Shown in pieces: positions 36,770-46,026 of a DNA stretch of 64,000 nucleotides (positions within the stretch are counted from its first letter, which is position 1; each line of letters opens with the position of its first letter). The notes under the pieces were generated by a model. The model saw nothing but the letters and a program-made list of their open reading frames with translations. It was not told the DNA's origin and ran no database searches. Position numbers and translations under genes: made by a program. Origin of the DNA: an uncultured Solirubrobacterales bacterium (GTDB lineage Bacteria; Actinomycetota; Thermoleophilia; Solirubrobacterales; 70-9); the NCBI GenBank assembly GCA_963848045.1, contig CAWKCC010000002.1, positions 168,374 through 232,373 of the forward strand, given 5' to 3'.

Positions 36770-37349
36770 GGTCGGAAAGGTGCTCCTGCGCGAAGCCTAT
36801 CGAGTCGGCCGTACTGGCCAGCGCGTCCCCTATGCCCGCCCGCCCGGCGGCCTCGATGGCGGCCTCGGCCAGCAGCCGGGCGGCCTCGGGCTCGCCCGCC
36901 CGCTGTGCCTGCTTGGCGCGCTCATGGGCCTGATCCGCGCCGGCGGCCACGGCCACCGCGGCGGCCAGCCACAGGGGCTCCTCGGCGTCCAGCTCGCCCC
37001 GTGCGTGGAGTTGGGCCGAGAGGCTGATCAGATCGCCCAGCTCGCGCACCGCTTCGAGGTCGCCGCGCGCGGCGAGGCGCTCCAGCCCGAGCGCGTAGAG
37101 ATAGTCGCCGGCGAGCAGGCGAAGGTCGGGGTCGGGGTCGGCGAGCAGCCTCGGCTCGGCGTAGTGCAGCAGGAATCCCTCGCGAATCGCCTCGAACAGC
37201 AGCGCGTACTCCTGCGGTGCGCCGGCCGCGCGTGGGCCGGCGGCGGCAAGCAGCCCGAGCGCCGGTGCGTCCATGCTGTCGCGAACGTGCGGCGCGATCT
37301 CGGGATCGCGGCGCAGCTCCTCGGCGAGCCGGGCGAGAACGTCGCTCAT
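36762..37349 (-). CDS. Hypothetical helical protein (possible HepS-like partner of HepT; speculative)
   Basis: The ATG at 37349 overlaps the hemL stop (ATGA). All-helical Ala/Leu/Glu-rich sequence with LLAGDYLYALGLERLAARGD. No TM helix. Family not recognised with confidence. Confidence 0.45.
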   Translation of the reverse strand: MSDVLARLAEELRRDPEIAPHVRDSMDAPALGLLAAAGPRAAGAPQEYALLFEAIREGFLLHYAEPRLLADPDPDLRLLAGDYLYALGLERLAARGDLEAVRELGDLISLSAQLHARGELDAEEPLWLAAAVAVAAGADQAHERAKQAQRAGEPEAARLLAEAAIEAAGRAGIGDALASTADSIGFAQEHLSDRG

Positions 37350-38617
37350 CCGAGCGCCTCGCTGAACGCCTCCGACGCCGCCGCGACGGTGCGCTCGATG
37401 GCGTCGTCGTCGTGCGCCAGGGACGGAAACCACGCCTCGAACTGCGACGGCGGCGGGTAGACGCCGCGCTCCAGCAGCGCCCTGCAGAAGCGCGCGTGGG
37501 CCTGGGTGTCGCAGGCCGCCGCCTCGGCGAAGTCACGCGGCGGATCGACCGTGAAGAAGACGGTGAGGAGACCCGGCACGCTGACGACGCTGACCGGAGC
37601 GGCGGCGCCGGCGGCGGCGCGCAGGCCGGCGGCGAGCTTCTCGGTGATCCCGCCGAGGCGCTCGTAAGCCGAGGCGTCGAGGGCGCGCAGCGTGGCCAGC
37701 CCGGCGGCGACCGCCAGCGGGTTGCCCGACAGCGTGCCCGCCTGGTAGACGCCGCCGGCCGGCGCGATCAGTGACATCAGCTCCCGGGAGCCGCCGTAGG
37801 CGGCCGCGGGCAACCCGCCGCCGATCACCTTGCCCATCACCGTGATGTCGGAGCTGACGCCGTAGCGTTCCTGGGCCCCGCCGCGCGCCACGCGGAAGCC
37901 GCTGATCACCTCGTCGAACACGAGCAGGGCCCCGTTGCGGTCGGCGGCCTCGCGCAGCGCCTCGAGCATGCCGTCCTCAGGCGGCACCACACCCATGTTT
38001 GCGGGCACCGGCTCGGCCAACAGCGCGGCGAACTCGTGCTCCGCGACCGCCCTCGCCAGGCTCTCGCGATCGTTCCAGGGCACGATCACCGTGGCGGCGG
38101 CCTGTGCCTCGGTCACGCCGGGCGAGGCCGGCACCCCGGCGGTCGCCATGCCCGAGCCGGCCTCGGCCAGCAGCCCGTCGACGTGGCCGTGGTAGGCGCC
38201 GGCGAACTTGAGCAGCTTCTCGCGCCCCGTGGCGGCTCTGGCGAGCCGGATCGCGCTCATCGCCGCCTCGGTGCCCGAACTGGTCATGCGGATCATCTCC
38301 ACCGACTCGAAGCGGTCGCAGACCTGCTCGGCCAGCTCGACCTCGCCCTCGGTGGCCGCCCCGTAGCTGGTCCCCCGGGAGGCGGCGGTGCTGACGGCAT
38401 CGACCACGGCGGGCGCGGCGTGGCCGAGGATCAGCGGGCCCCACGACGAGACCCAGTCGATATAGGAGTTGCCGTCGGCGTCCCAGACGAGCGCCCCTTC
38501 GCCGCGCTCGATGAAGATCGGGTCCCGGCCGATCGAGCCCATCGCGCGAACAGGCGAGTTGACGCCGCCCGGCATCAGGTCGACGGCGCGACGATATAGC
38601 TCAGCTGATCGGGTCAC
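37346..38617 (-). CDS. hemL: Glutamate-1-semialdehyde 2,1-aminomutase
   Basis: MPGGVNSPVRA, DGNSYIDWVSSWGPLILGH, VFDEVISGFRV, and the PLP-Lys region TVMGKVIGGGLP. Confidence 0.9.
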   Translation of the reverse strand: MTRSAELYRRAVDLMPGGVNSPVRAMGSIGRDPIFIERGEGALVWDADGNSYIDWVSSWGPLILGHAAPAVVDAVSTAASRGTSYGAATEGEVELAEQVCDRFESVEMIRMTSSGTEAAMSAIRLARAATGREKLLKFAGAYHGHVDGLLAEAGSGMATAGVPASPGVTEAQAAATVIVPWNDRESLARAVAEHEFAALLAEPVPANMGVVPPEDGMLEALREAADRNGALLVFDEVISGFRVARGGAQERYGVSSDITVMGKVIGGGLPAAAYGGSRELMSLIAPAGGVYQAGTLSGNPLAVAAGLATLRALDASAYERLGGITEKLAAGLRAAAGAAAPVSVVSVPGLLTVFFTVDPPRDFAEAAACDTQAHARFCRALLERGVYPPPSQFEAWFPSLAHDDDAIERTVAAASEAFSEALG

Positions 38618-38650
38618 GTGAGGCGACGGCCGGGGCCGGGAGCGCCGGCC

Positions 38651-39763
38651 CTAGGCAGCGCCGTGCTCGGCTTCCCAAGCGGCGTAGTCGGGGGTGAAGT
38701 ACCTGAGCCGGATCTTCTTGAACTCCGTCGAGGAGTAGAGCACCGCGCGGTCGGGACCGTGAAGGCCGTGGTCCTCGGCGATCTGGTCGAGGATCGCATC
38801 GCACTCCTCCTTCGAGCGGCCATGGGCCATTGTGAAGACGCTGTAGGGCCAGTCGGCGTAGGTGGGGCGCTCGTAGCAATGCGAGACCCCCCTGACGGCG
38901 GCCATCCGGGTGCCGGCATCGAGCACCCGCTCGGGCGGGACTCGCCAGACGCCCATTCCGTTGGCCGAGAAGCCGGCGCGGCGGTGGAAGAGGATGGCCG
39001 CCACCCGACGCAGGATCTTGCGATCGACCAGGCCGCGCAGGTGCTCGAGCAGCTCTGCGGTCGAGACGCCGACCTCGGCCGCCGCGGCGTCATAGGGGCG
39101 ATCGATCACCTCCATCGGTCCCTGCAGGGCCCTGATCACGGCGATGTCCCGGTCGTCGTAGGGCTGTGCCCCGAGCTCACGCGGCTCGACCGCCTCGCCG
39201 GCGGCGGCGGCGAGCGCCTCGGTGCCCCCCTCCATCTCCAGGTTCATGTTGATCTTGAACAGGCGCAGCGTGGGCAGCTCGCGGATCGACTCGGCGCCCG
39301 TGAGCCGCTGCAGGACCTCGAGCGTCCCGTCGAGCCCCAGCTCGGAGTCGGGCGGGGTCGCGACCGTGAACCAGAGGTTGAATTCGTGGGTGCGCAGGTA
39401 GTTGTGCGAGACGCCCGGGTGGGAGTTGATGATCTGCGCGGCGCGCTGCGGGTTCTCGCTGTCGACCTTCGCGGCTACCAGCATCGAGTTGTAGCCGAGG
39501 GCGCGAGTGTCGAAGATCGGGGTCAGCTCGCGGATGATGCGACCGTCGAGCAGGCGCCTGGTGCGGGTCATCACCTCATCGGCGTCGAGGCCGGCCTCGG
39601 CCGCGATCCGGACGAACGGCTCGGGGTCGAGCGGGAAGCTCGACTGCAGCAGGTTCATGAGCCGCTTGTCGTCATCGTCGAGCGGGATCGCCGCGCCGCC
39701 CTTGCGCGAGCGAAGCTTGGGGGTGGCGCGGGCCGTGGTGATGCCGTCCGCGGGGCGGTTCAT
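38651..39763 (-). CDS. Fused two-domain Lrp/AsnC-like siroheme decarboxylase homologue (AhbA-AhbB / NirDL-like)
   Basis: Two tandem modules. Module 1: LMNLLQSSFPLDPEPF...GRIIRELTPIF...INSHPGVSHNYLRTHEFNLWFTV. Module 2: VIRALQGPMEVIDRPY...RKILRRVAAILFHRRAGFSANGMGVW...VRGVSHCYERPTYADWPYSVFTMAHG. These are signature blocks of the NirD/L/G/H-AhbA/B family as remembered. Confidence 0.7.
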   Translation of the reverse strand: MNRPADGITTARATPKLRSRKGGAAIPLDDDDKRLMNLLQSSFPLDPEPFVRIAAEAGLDADEVMTRTRRLLDGRIIRELTPIFDTRALGYNSMLVAAKVDSENPQRAAQIINSHPGVSHNYLRTHEFNLWFTVATPPDSELGLDGTLEVLQRLTGAESIRELPTLRLFKINMNLEMEGGTEALAAAAGEAVEPRELGAQPYDDRDIAVIRALQGPMEVIDRPYDAAAAEVGVSTAELLEHLRGLVDRKILRRVAAILFHRRAGFSANGMGVWRVPPERVLDAGTRMAAVRGVSHCYERPTYADWPYSVFTMAHGRSKEECDAILDQIAEDHGLHGPDRAVLYSSTEFKKIRLRYFTPDYAAWEAEHGAA

Positions 39764-39788
39764 CGCGGGTCTCCCATGAGGCCGGCCG

Positions 39789-40820
39789 TCATCTGCTCAC
39801 GGCCGCCTGCTCCAGCCAGGCGGCTGCCTGCTTGGCGTAGTAGGTGATCACCATGTCGGCCCCGGCGCGGCGCATAGCCAGCAGCGACTCAAGCACGGCG
39901 GGGCGCTCGTCTATCCAGCCGCTGGCGGCGGCCGCCTTCAGCATCGAGTACTCGCCCGAGACGTGGTAGGCGGCCACCGGCGCGCCGGTGGCCCGCTTGA
40001 CCCGGTGGACGACGTCGAGGTAGGGCAGCGCGGGCTTGACCATGACGACGTCCGCCCCCTCCTCGAGGTCGAGCAGCGCCTCGCGCACGGCCTCGTCGGC
40101 GTTGGCCGGGTCCATCTGGTACGAGCGCCGGTCGCCGAACTCGGGGCTCGAGCCGACCGCCTCGCGGAAGGGCCCGTAGAGGGCGGAGGCGTACTTGGCG
40201 CTGTAGGCGACGATCGAAACCTCGGAGTGGCCCTCCTCGTCGAGCTGGTAGCGGATCGCGCCCACGCGGCCGTCCATCATGTCGCTGGGGGCCACGGCGT
40301 CCGCGCCGGCGGCTGCATGGGAGATCGCGGTCTTGGCGAGCAGCTCGATCGTGAGGTCGTTGTCGACCACTCCGGCCTCCCCCGCGGCCACTTCGCCTCG
40401 GGAGCCGGGATCCGGCCGCCGGACCACGCCGCAGTGGCCATGCGACGTGTACTCGCAAAGACAGACGTCGGTGATCACGACGACCTCGGGGTGCGCCTCC
40501 TTCAGCGCCCGCACGGCCATCTGCACGACGCCCTCGTCGTCGTAGGCCTCCGTGCCCCACTCGTCCTTGCTGGCCGGGATGCCGAACAGCAGAACAGCGC
40601 GGACCCCGGCGGCGGCGATCTCGGTGACCTCGGCGACGGTCTCGGAGATCGACAGCCGCTCGACTCCCGGCATCGCCTCGATCGGCTCGCGGACCGACTC
40701 GCCCGCGGTCACGAACAGGGGCTGGACGAGGTGCTCGGCGGTCAGTCCGGTCTCGCGGACCAGATCGCGCAGGGGCTTGGTCCTGCGCAGCCTGCGAAGC
40801 CGTGTCGCCGGAAAGCTCAC
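39789..40820 (-). CDS. hemB: Porphobilinogen synthase (zinc-type)
   Basis: RLRRLRRT..LR, Cys-rich zinc site DVCLCEYTSHGHCG, active-site Lys regions (VMVKPAL, VSGEY). GTG at 40820 is preferred over the track start at 40868. Confidence 0.9.
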   Translation of the reverse strand: MSFPATRLRRLRRTKPLRDLVRETGLTAEHLVQPLFVTAGESVREPIEAMPGVERLSISETVAEVTEIAAAGVRAVLLFGIPASKDEWGTEAYDDEGVVQMAVRALKEAHPEVVVITDVCLCEYTSHGHCGVVRRPDPGSRGEVAAGEAGVVDNDLTIELLAKTAISHAAAGADAVAPSDMMDGRVGAIRYQLDEEGHSEVSIVAYSAKYASALYGPFREAVGSSPEFGDRRSYQMDPANADEAVREALLDLEEGADVVMVKPALPYLDVVHRVKRATGAPVAAYHVSGEYSMLKAAAASGWIDERPAVLESLLAMRRAGADMVITYYAKQAAAWLEQAAVSR

Positions 40821-40943
40821 GAGGCCGATTCTACGGCGGTCCGCCTCCCGGCCGCGGCCCAGCCGCATAGCCGATCCAGATCGGCCACCTCCCTGCGGAG
40901 AGCATGCGAGCGCCGCCTCAAGGAGAGCCGTGCCCGGCGGGGC

Positions 40944-42305
40944 CTAGGCGAAGCGGCGCAGCGCCAGCCGGGCGATCGCGAAGTAGGCGACCGTGAGCAG
41001 GGCCAGATGCAGAAGCGGGAGCCCCAGGGCCGGGCCGCCGGCGTCGAGGGCCGCCGAGAGGGCGTCGAGGGCCGGGCGGAAGGGAAAGGCGCCGGCGAGC
41101 AGCCGAATCGCGTCATAGAGGCCCTGGGAGACGGTTCCGGACGGGATCAGCGAGAGGAAGGCGATCGGCAGGGTCAGCGCGAAGGCCGCCAGGGCGCTGG
41201 CGCGGATCTCGCGGGTGGCGACGCCGATCGCCGATCCCAACGCCGCGAAGGCCATGCCGGTCAGCAGGATCGCCGCCGCGATCATCGGCGCCCGCTCCCA
41301 TTGCAGGTCGACGAACAACTCCAGCACCCCCAGCAGAACCAGGGCGACGACGATCGAGCAGATCGTCCCGAGGCCGATCTTCTCGACCAGCAGGCCCGAG
41401 CGGCTGACCAGGCCGCGGGTCAGCCGGGCGAAGGTGTTCTCCTCGCTCTCGAGCGCCAGCGAGCCGGCGACGAGCAGCACGGTCACGAACATCAGCGTGA
41501 TCGCGATCGCCACCGAAACGGCGAAGGTGTCGAGCGACGGGGTGTCACCCGAGACGACCTCCTTCTCGACCGCGATCGGCTGCGAGACCGAGCCGAGCAG
41601 CTCGTCGGCGAAGCCGAGGTTCTGGCCGGCGAGCTCGGCGAAGCGGATCACCTGGTCCACGATCTGTCGCTGCGGCCCCTTGAGATCACCCTTCACCGCC
41701 TCCAGCGCAGCCTGGGTTCGCTCCAGGCCCAGCACCTCGAAGGTCTGGCCCAGGAAGGGCACCGTGAACTCCCCGCCCGCCACCAGCACGTCCAGATAGC
41801 CGAGCAGCTGAGCGGAGATCTCGTCGGAGAGGATCAGGTTGGCCTCGGTGATCAGGGAGCTGATGCGGTCGTCCACCAGCCGCGCCTTGACCGGGTCGTC
41901 CTCGTTGACGAACACCTCGACCGCCGCCGGCTCGAGGCCCGCGCCGGCGAGCTGCGCCTGCAGGTCGTCGAGGAAGTCCTCGGGCAGGATCAGCGCCGCA
42001 AGCACCTCGCCGTCGCGCACCTTGGCGATCGCCTCGTCGCGGCTGTCGGCGTCCACGCACTCGACGCGCCGGCACAGCTCGTCGAACGCCTGCTGCTGGC
42101 TGAAGCCGCCGTCGCCGAGCTTGAGGCCCTGCTCGGCGTCGGCCTGCTTGATCTGGTTGAGGAAGGCGACCTTGGGCTTCTCGGGCCCGCGCGAGACGGC
42201 GAAGCCGATCAGCACGGCGAGCACGATCGGGTAGATCACGAGCAGCGCGCTGAGCAGCGGCGAGCGCCGCAGGATCTGCAGGTCCTTGAGCAGCAGCCAG
42301 CGCAT
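40944..42305 (-). CDS. ABC-2-type transporter permease with large extracytoplasmic loop
   Basis: N-terminal TM, a ~200-aa loop and 5 C-terminal TMs. Starts 16 nt after the ATPase gene stop. Confidence 0.75.
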   Translation of the reverse strand: MRWLLLKDLQILRRSPLLSALLVIYPIVLAVLIGFAVSRGPEKPKVAFLNQIKQADAEQGLKLGDGGFSQQQAFDELCRRVECVDADSRDEAIAKVRDGEVLAALILPEDFLDDLQAQLAGAGLEPAAVEVFVNEDDPVKARLVDDRISSLITEANLILSDEISAQLLGYLDVLVAGGEFTVPFLGQTFEVLGLERTQAALEAVKGDLKGPQRQIVDQVIRFAELAGQNLGFADELLGSVSQPIAVEKEVVSGDTPSLDTFAVSVAIAITLMFVTVLLVAGSLALESEENTFARLTRGLVSRSGLLVEKIGLGTICSIVVALVLLGVLELFVDLQWERAPMIAAAILLTGMAFAALGSAIGVATREIRASALAAFALTLPIAFLSLIPSGTVSQGLYDAIRLLAGAFPFRPALDALSAALDAGGPALGLPLLHLALLTVAYFAIARLALRRFA

Positions 42306-42320
42306 CTCAGTTGGCCCCCA

Positions 42321-43058
42321 TCAGTGGCCCCTCTTGCGCAGGAAGCGGACGAAGTCGGCCTCGGCGTCGCGAGGGCCCTTCTTCGGCGCCGGCCCGGCCT
42401 GGCGGCGCAGCGCCGGGAAGCTGCCGTCGAAGAGCGGCTCGCCGTCGGCGAGCACCAGCAGCCGGTCGCCGTAGTGGGTCGCCTCCTCGATCTGGTGGGT
42501 CGAGTAGATGACGGTGGTGCCGGCCGCGGCGAGGCTCGAGACGAACTCCCAAAGACGGATGCGCTGGCCGGGATCGAGGCCCGCGCTGGGCTCGTCGAGC
42601 AACAGCACCGCCGGCTCGGCGAGCAGCCCTATGGCGATGTTGATGCGCTGCTGGTTGCCGCCCGAGAGCGTCGAGACCTGATCGTCGCGGCGCTCGCCGA
42701 GGCCCGTCTGCTCGAGCATCCGCTGGACGGTCGCCTCGGGGTCGGCGGCCCGCTCGAGCCGGGCGAACAGACGCAGGTTCTCGCCGACCGTGAGACGGCG
42801 ATAGAGCGCGGCCTGCTGGGGCACCCAGCCCACCTCCCCGGCGGGCGCCGCCACCTCCCCCGAGTCGGCATCGATGATTCCGGCGAGGATGGCCAGCAGG
42901 GTCGTCTTGCCGGCCCCGTTCGGCCCGAGCACCGCGAGCAGCTCGCCGCGACGGACCTCGAAGCTGACATCGCGCAATGCAGCGCGCTCGCCGAAGCTCT
43001 TGGAGACGCCGCTGGCGGCGAGCGCCACCGCCGGCTTGCCCCTGGTCTTCGCCGCCAT
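42321..43058 (-). CDS. ABC transporter ATP-binding protein
   Basis: Walker A GPNGAGKTTLL, signature LSGGNQQR, Walker B LLLDEPSAGLD. ATG at 43058 inside the longer track ORF. Confidence 0.85.
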   Translation of the reverse strand: MAAKTRGKPAVALAASGVSKSFGERAALRDVSFEVRRGELLAVLGPNGAGKTTLLAILAGIIDADSGEVAAPAGEVGWVPQQAALYRRLTVGENLRLFARLERAADPEATVQRMLEQTGLGERRDDQVSTLSGGNQQRINIAIGLLAEPAVLLLDEPSAGLDPGQRIRLWEFVSSLAAAGTTVIYSTHQIEEATHYGDRLLVLADGEPLFDGSFPALRRQAGPAPKKGPRDAEADFVRFLRKRGH

Positions 43059-43137
43059 CGCTTGCACGCTAGCGCCGAGACCATCGCTCGCGGCCGCTGC
43101 GCGCCGTGGCCGCGAGTCATGCGGATACCCTCGCGCC

Positions 43138-43923
43138 ATGCGCTTGCTGTTCATCGGGGACGTCGTGGGCAAGCCCGGCAGGCAGGCGCTCGCCGCGACG
43201 ATGCCGTCACTGCGCGCGCAGCACCTGCCCGATCTCATCGTCGTCAACGGCGAGAACGCCGGCGGCGGTGTGGGCATCACGCCCCAGACCGCCGCCGAGA
43301 TCTTCGAGGCGGGCGCCGACGTGATCACCCTCGGCAATCACACCTACCGCCACCGCGAGGTCTACTCCTACCTCGATTCCGAGCTGCGGATCGTGCGACC
43401 GGCCAACTTCCCCGCCGCCAATCCCGGCCGTGGGCACGTGATCGTCGACGCGGCGGGGATGCGCGTGGCCGTGGCCAACCTGAGCGGCGCACTGCACCTC
43501 GAGGTGGAGCGATCCCCGTTCCCGGCCGCGGACGAGATCGTCGAGCAGCTCAGGGGCGGTGCCGACGCGATCATCGTCGACTTCCACGCCGAGCTGACCA
43601 GCGAGAAGGTGGCGATGGGCTGGCACCTCGACGGGCGCGTCGCGGCGGTGCTCGGCACCCACACGCACGTGCCGACGGCCGACGCCCGGGTGCTGCCCGC
43701 CGGCACGGCCCACATCACCGACGTCGGCATGACGGGCTCCCGTGCTGGGGTGATCGGGGTCAAGCGCGAACAGGCGCTGGAGCGCTTTCGCACCCAGATG
43801 CCGGTGCGCTTCGAGACGGCCGAGGAAGACCCCTGGGTGATGGGCGCGCTGGTCGAGGTCGGCGACGACGGGCTCGCCAGGGAGATCACCGCGCTGATGG
43901 TGCCATCCGCGGCGGGCCGCTGA
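43138..43923 (+). CDS. ymdB: YmdB-like metallophosphoesterase (2',3'-cyclic-nucleotide phosphodiesterase family)
   Basis: MRLLFIGDVVGKPGR, VVNGENAAGG-like VNGENAGGGVGIT, TLGNHTY, DFHAE.TSEK, GTHTHVPTAD, DVGMTG. Confidence 0.85.
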   Translation: MRLLFIGDVVGKPGRQALAATMPSLRAQHLPDLIVVNGENAGGGVGITPQTAAEIFEAGADVITLGNHTYRHREVYSYLDSELRIVRPANFPAANPGRGHVIVDAAGMRVAVANLSGALHLEVERSPFPAADEIVEQLRGGADAIIVDFHAELTSEKVAMGWHLDGRVAAVLGTHTHVPTADARVLPAGTAHITDVGMTGSRAGVIGVKREQALERFRTQMPVRFETAEEDPWVMGALVEVGDDGLAREITALMVPSAAGR

Positions 43924-45532
43924 GAAGCCAGGCGAGGAGCAGGAACGGCAGGAACCAGGGGATGTAGAGATAGAACCAGTGCTCCAGCGTGAGTTGGACG
44001 GCGAGCAGCACGGCGGCGCCGAGCGCGGCGACGGTGGCGGGCGAGCGCAGGCGGGGTACGAATGCGACCAGCAGCGCCAGGGCCGCGGCGGCGATCTTGA
44101 CCGCGGTGTGGAGCCACTCGAGCGAGGGCTCCTGGCCCCAGACGCTGAACGGCGAGTCGCGGCCCGCCTGGTTGCCGATCGTGCGCTCCCAGAACTCCGC
44201 GAGGCCGGGGTCGATGGCGGTCTGCGCCAGGACGCCGAGCGTGGTCAGCGCGAGGGCCGCCGCGAACCATCCGATCACGGCCACGGCCCGGCGCGCAGGG
44301 CCCGGCACCACCGTGCCGCCGTCACGGTAGGTGGCGAACAGCGGGGCGAGCGCCAGCGGAGCGAACTTGACCGCCGAGGCAAGCGCCAGCATCGCCCCGC
44401 GCGCCGGGGGCGAGGAGAGCAGCAGCAGCGTCGCCACCAGCAGCAGCGAGACCAGGGCGTCGTTGGTGTTGGACTCGAGCGCGAAGGCCGTGTAGGGACA
44501 GGCCGCCCAGCCGAAGGCCAGGGCGACGCCCAAGGCGCTGCCCTCCCGCCCCGGCCGCAGTCGCCGGCCGAGCAGCACCAGGAGCGCCGCCGTGCCCAGG
44601 TCGAAGAAGATCGAGGCCGCGTGGGCCGCCGGCAGCTCGTCCCAGTCACCGCTCCAGGGCATCAGCTGTTCGAACGGTTGGTAGGCGTAGTAGGAGACCG
44701 GGCCGTAGGTGTCGCCGTGGGAGTTATCGGACGGGAACTCCCCGTAGAGCGGCTCGCCGTCGGAGATCTTGTCGGCGCCGATCACTCCGGCGTAACCCAC
44801 GTCGATCACGTTCGAGTCGGCGACGTTGAGCGCCACACGAAAGCCGATCAGCGCCACTGTCGCGATCGCCATCCAGGTGAGCGGGAGCGAGGGCCGCAGG
44901 CCTGAGCCGCCGCGAAAGGCCATCCACAGCGCGCGCCCGAGCAGGTAGAGGAGGGCCGGGTAGGCGAGCGGGACCGAGAGCCCGATCTCGCCGCGGTTGA
45001 AGAAGAAATGCGAGACGCCGAAGCCGGCGACGATCACAAGCAGGTCGAGGTGCGCCAGGCGCAATGGCCGCCGCCAGTCGAACAGCCCGAGCACGAAGAT
45101 GGCGCAGAGCGGCAGCCAGATGTAGGGGGCGTTGAGAGCGCGGCCGAACGCGCCCTCGTAGCCGCGGGCCATCTTCCAGGCGACCTGGTACCCGGTCCAG
45201 GACTCCTCGATCTCCCCGCTCTCGTCGTCGACCACCACCTGCACCACCTGGTCGCCGTCGCGGAAGAACCCGACCTCCCAGTCCCGGTCGCCCTCGGCAC
45301 GCCCCGCCGATGAGCGCAGGCCGGGGTCGCTGCGCAATGCCTCGGCGGCGGTCGGGTCGGTGCGCGCGATCCGGAGCGCCCGACGCTGGGAGATCGGTGG
45401 CTCGGGCTCGCCCGTCTGCGATGCGGTCGCCGAGGTGCTGCCCGGGGCCGGCGCCGTGGCCTCGCTCGCGGCGGCGCCGGAGGGCAGCCCCAGAGTGGCT
45501 GCGATCAGCAGCGCGCCGGCGCCGGCGGTCAC
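43886..45532 (-). CDS. Membrane protein: N-terminal PepSY-like domain plus polytopic GT-C/DUF2029-like domain
   Basis: Signal sequence, a PepSY-like segment (DWEVGFFRDGDQVVQVVVDDESGEIEESWTG), then ~10 TM helices. Its 3' end overlaps ymdB convergently by 38 nt. Confidence 0.55.
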   Translation of the reverse strand: MTAGAGALLIAATLGLPSGAAASEATAPAPGSTSATASQTGEPEPPISQRRALRIARTDPTAAEALRSDPGLRSSAGRAEGDRDWEVGFFRDGDQVVQVVVDDESGEIEESWTGYQVAWKMARGYEGAFGRALNAPYIWLPLCAIFVLGLFDWRRPLRLAHLDLLVIVAGFGVSHFFFNRGEIGLSVPLAYPALLYLLGRALWMAFRGGSGLRPSLPLTWMAIATVALIGFRVALNVADSNVIDVGYAGVIGADKISDGEPLYGEFPSDNSHGDTYGPVSYYAYQPFEQLMPWSGDWDELPAAHAASIFFDLGTAALLVLLGRRLRPGREGSALGVALAFGWAACPYTAFALESNTNDALVSLLLVATLLLLSSPPARGAMLALASAVKFAPLALAPLFATYRDGGTVVPGPARRAVAVIGWFAAALALTTLGVLAQTAIDPGLAEFWERTIGNQAGRDSPFSVWGQEPSLEWLHTAVKIAAAALALLVAFVPRLRSPATVAALGAAVLLAVQLTLEHWFYLYIPWFLPFLLLAWLLSGPPRMAPSAR

Positions 45533-45546
45533 CGGCCCGCTGGAGC

Positions 45547-46026
45547 TCAGGGCGATCGAGACTCCCGGCGAGGCTCGTCGAAGGTCCAGATCTTGTTGCC
45601 GACGAAGTTGAAGGGCATCGCCACCGCGACGGCCAGGGCCTGGGCGCCGAGCTCGGTCACGCCCGCGCGGATCAGCAGCTCCAGCACGGCGAGGTTGACG
45701 CCCAGGGCCAGCACGCTGACCGTGAAGAATCGCGCGGCCTGGAACCCCGCGTGACCGCGCCTCGCGCTGAAGGTCCAGTACCGGTTCCAGAGGAAGTTGT
45801 TGGTGACCGCGGCGCAGAAGGCGATCACGGCGGCCGGGATGTAATGCACGCCCAGGCCGTCGCTGCCCTCACGAAAGAAGAGGCCCGCCCCCGTGAGCAC
45901 GGCGAACACGGTCAGGTTGATCACGTAGCCTGAGGCGCCCACCAGGCCGAACTGCAGGAGCTGAACCCAGTTCTCAGAGCGCAGGGCTCCCCGCCCGATC
46001 CTCTTTGCCGTCTCGACCGGGCTCAC
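45547..46026 (-). CDS. GtrA-family membrane protein
   Basis: LLQFGLVGASGYVINLTVF...NNFLWNRYWTF, four TM helices. The GTG start overlaps the upstream stop (GTGA). Confidence 0.8.
   Translation of the reverse strand: MSPVETAKRIGRGALRSENWVQLLQFGLVGASGYVINLTVFAVLTGAGLFFREGSDGLGVHYIPAAVIAFCAAVTNNFLWNRYWTFSARRGHAGFQAARFFTVSVLALGVNLAVLELLIRAGVTELGAQALAVAVAMPFNFVGNKIWTFDEPRRESRSP

Noticed and set aside
39963-43967. 1334-aa ORF on the + strand
   Set aside because: It is antisense to hemB, the ABC-2 permease and the ABC ATPase, all of which have canonical motifs. It then runs in a wrong frame of ymdB. The composition is Arg/Gly/Asp/Leu-rich low complexity. Not a gene.
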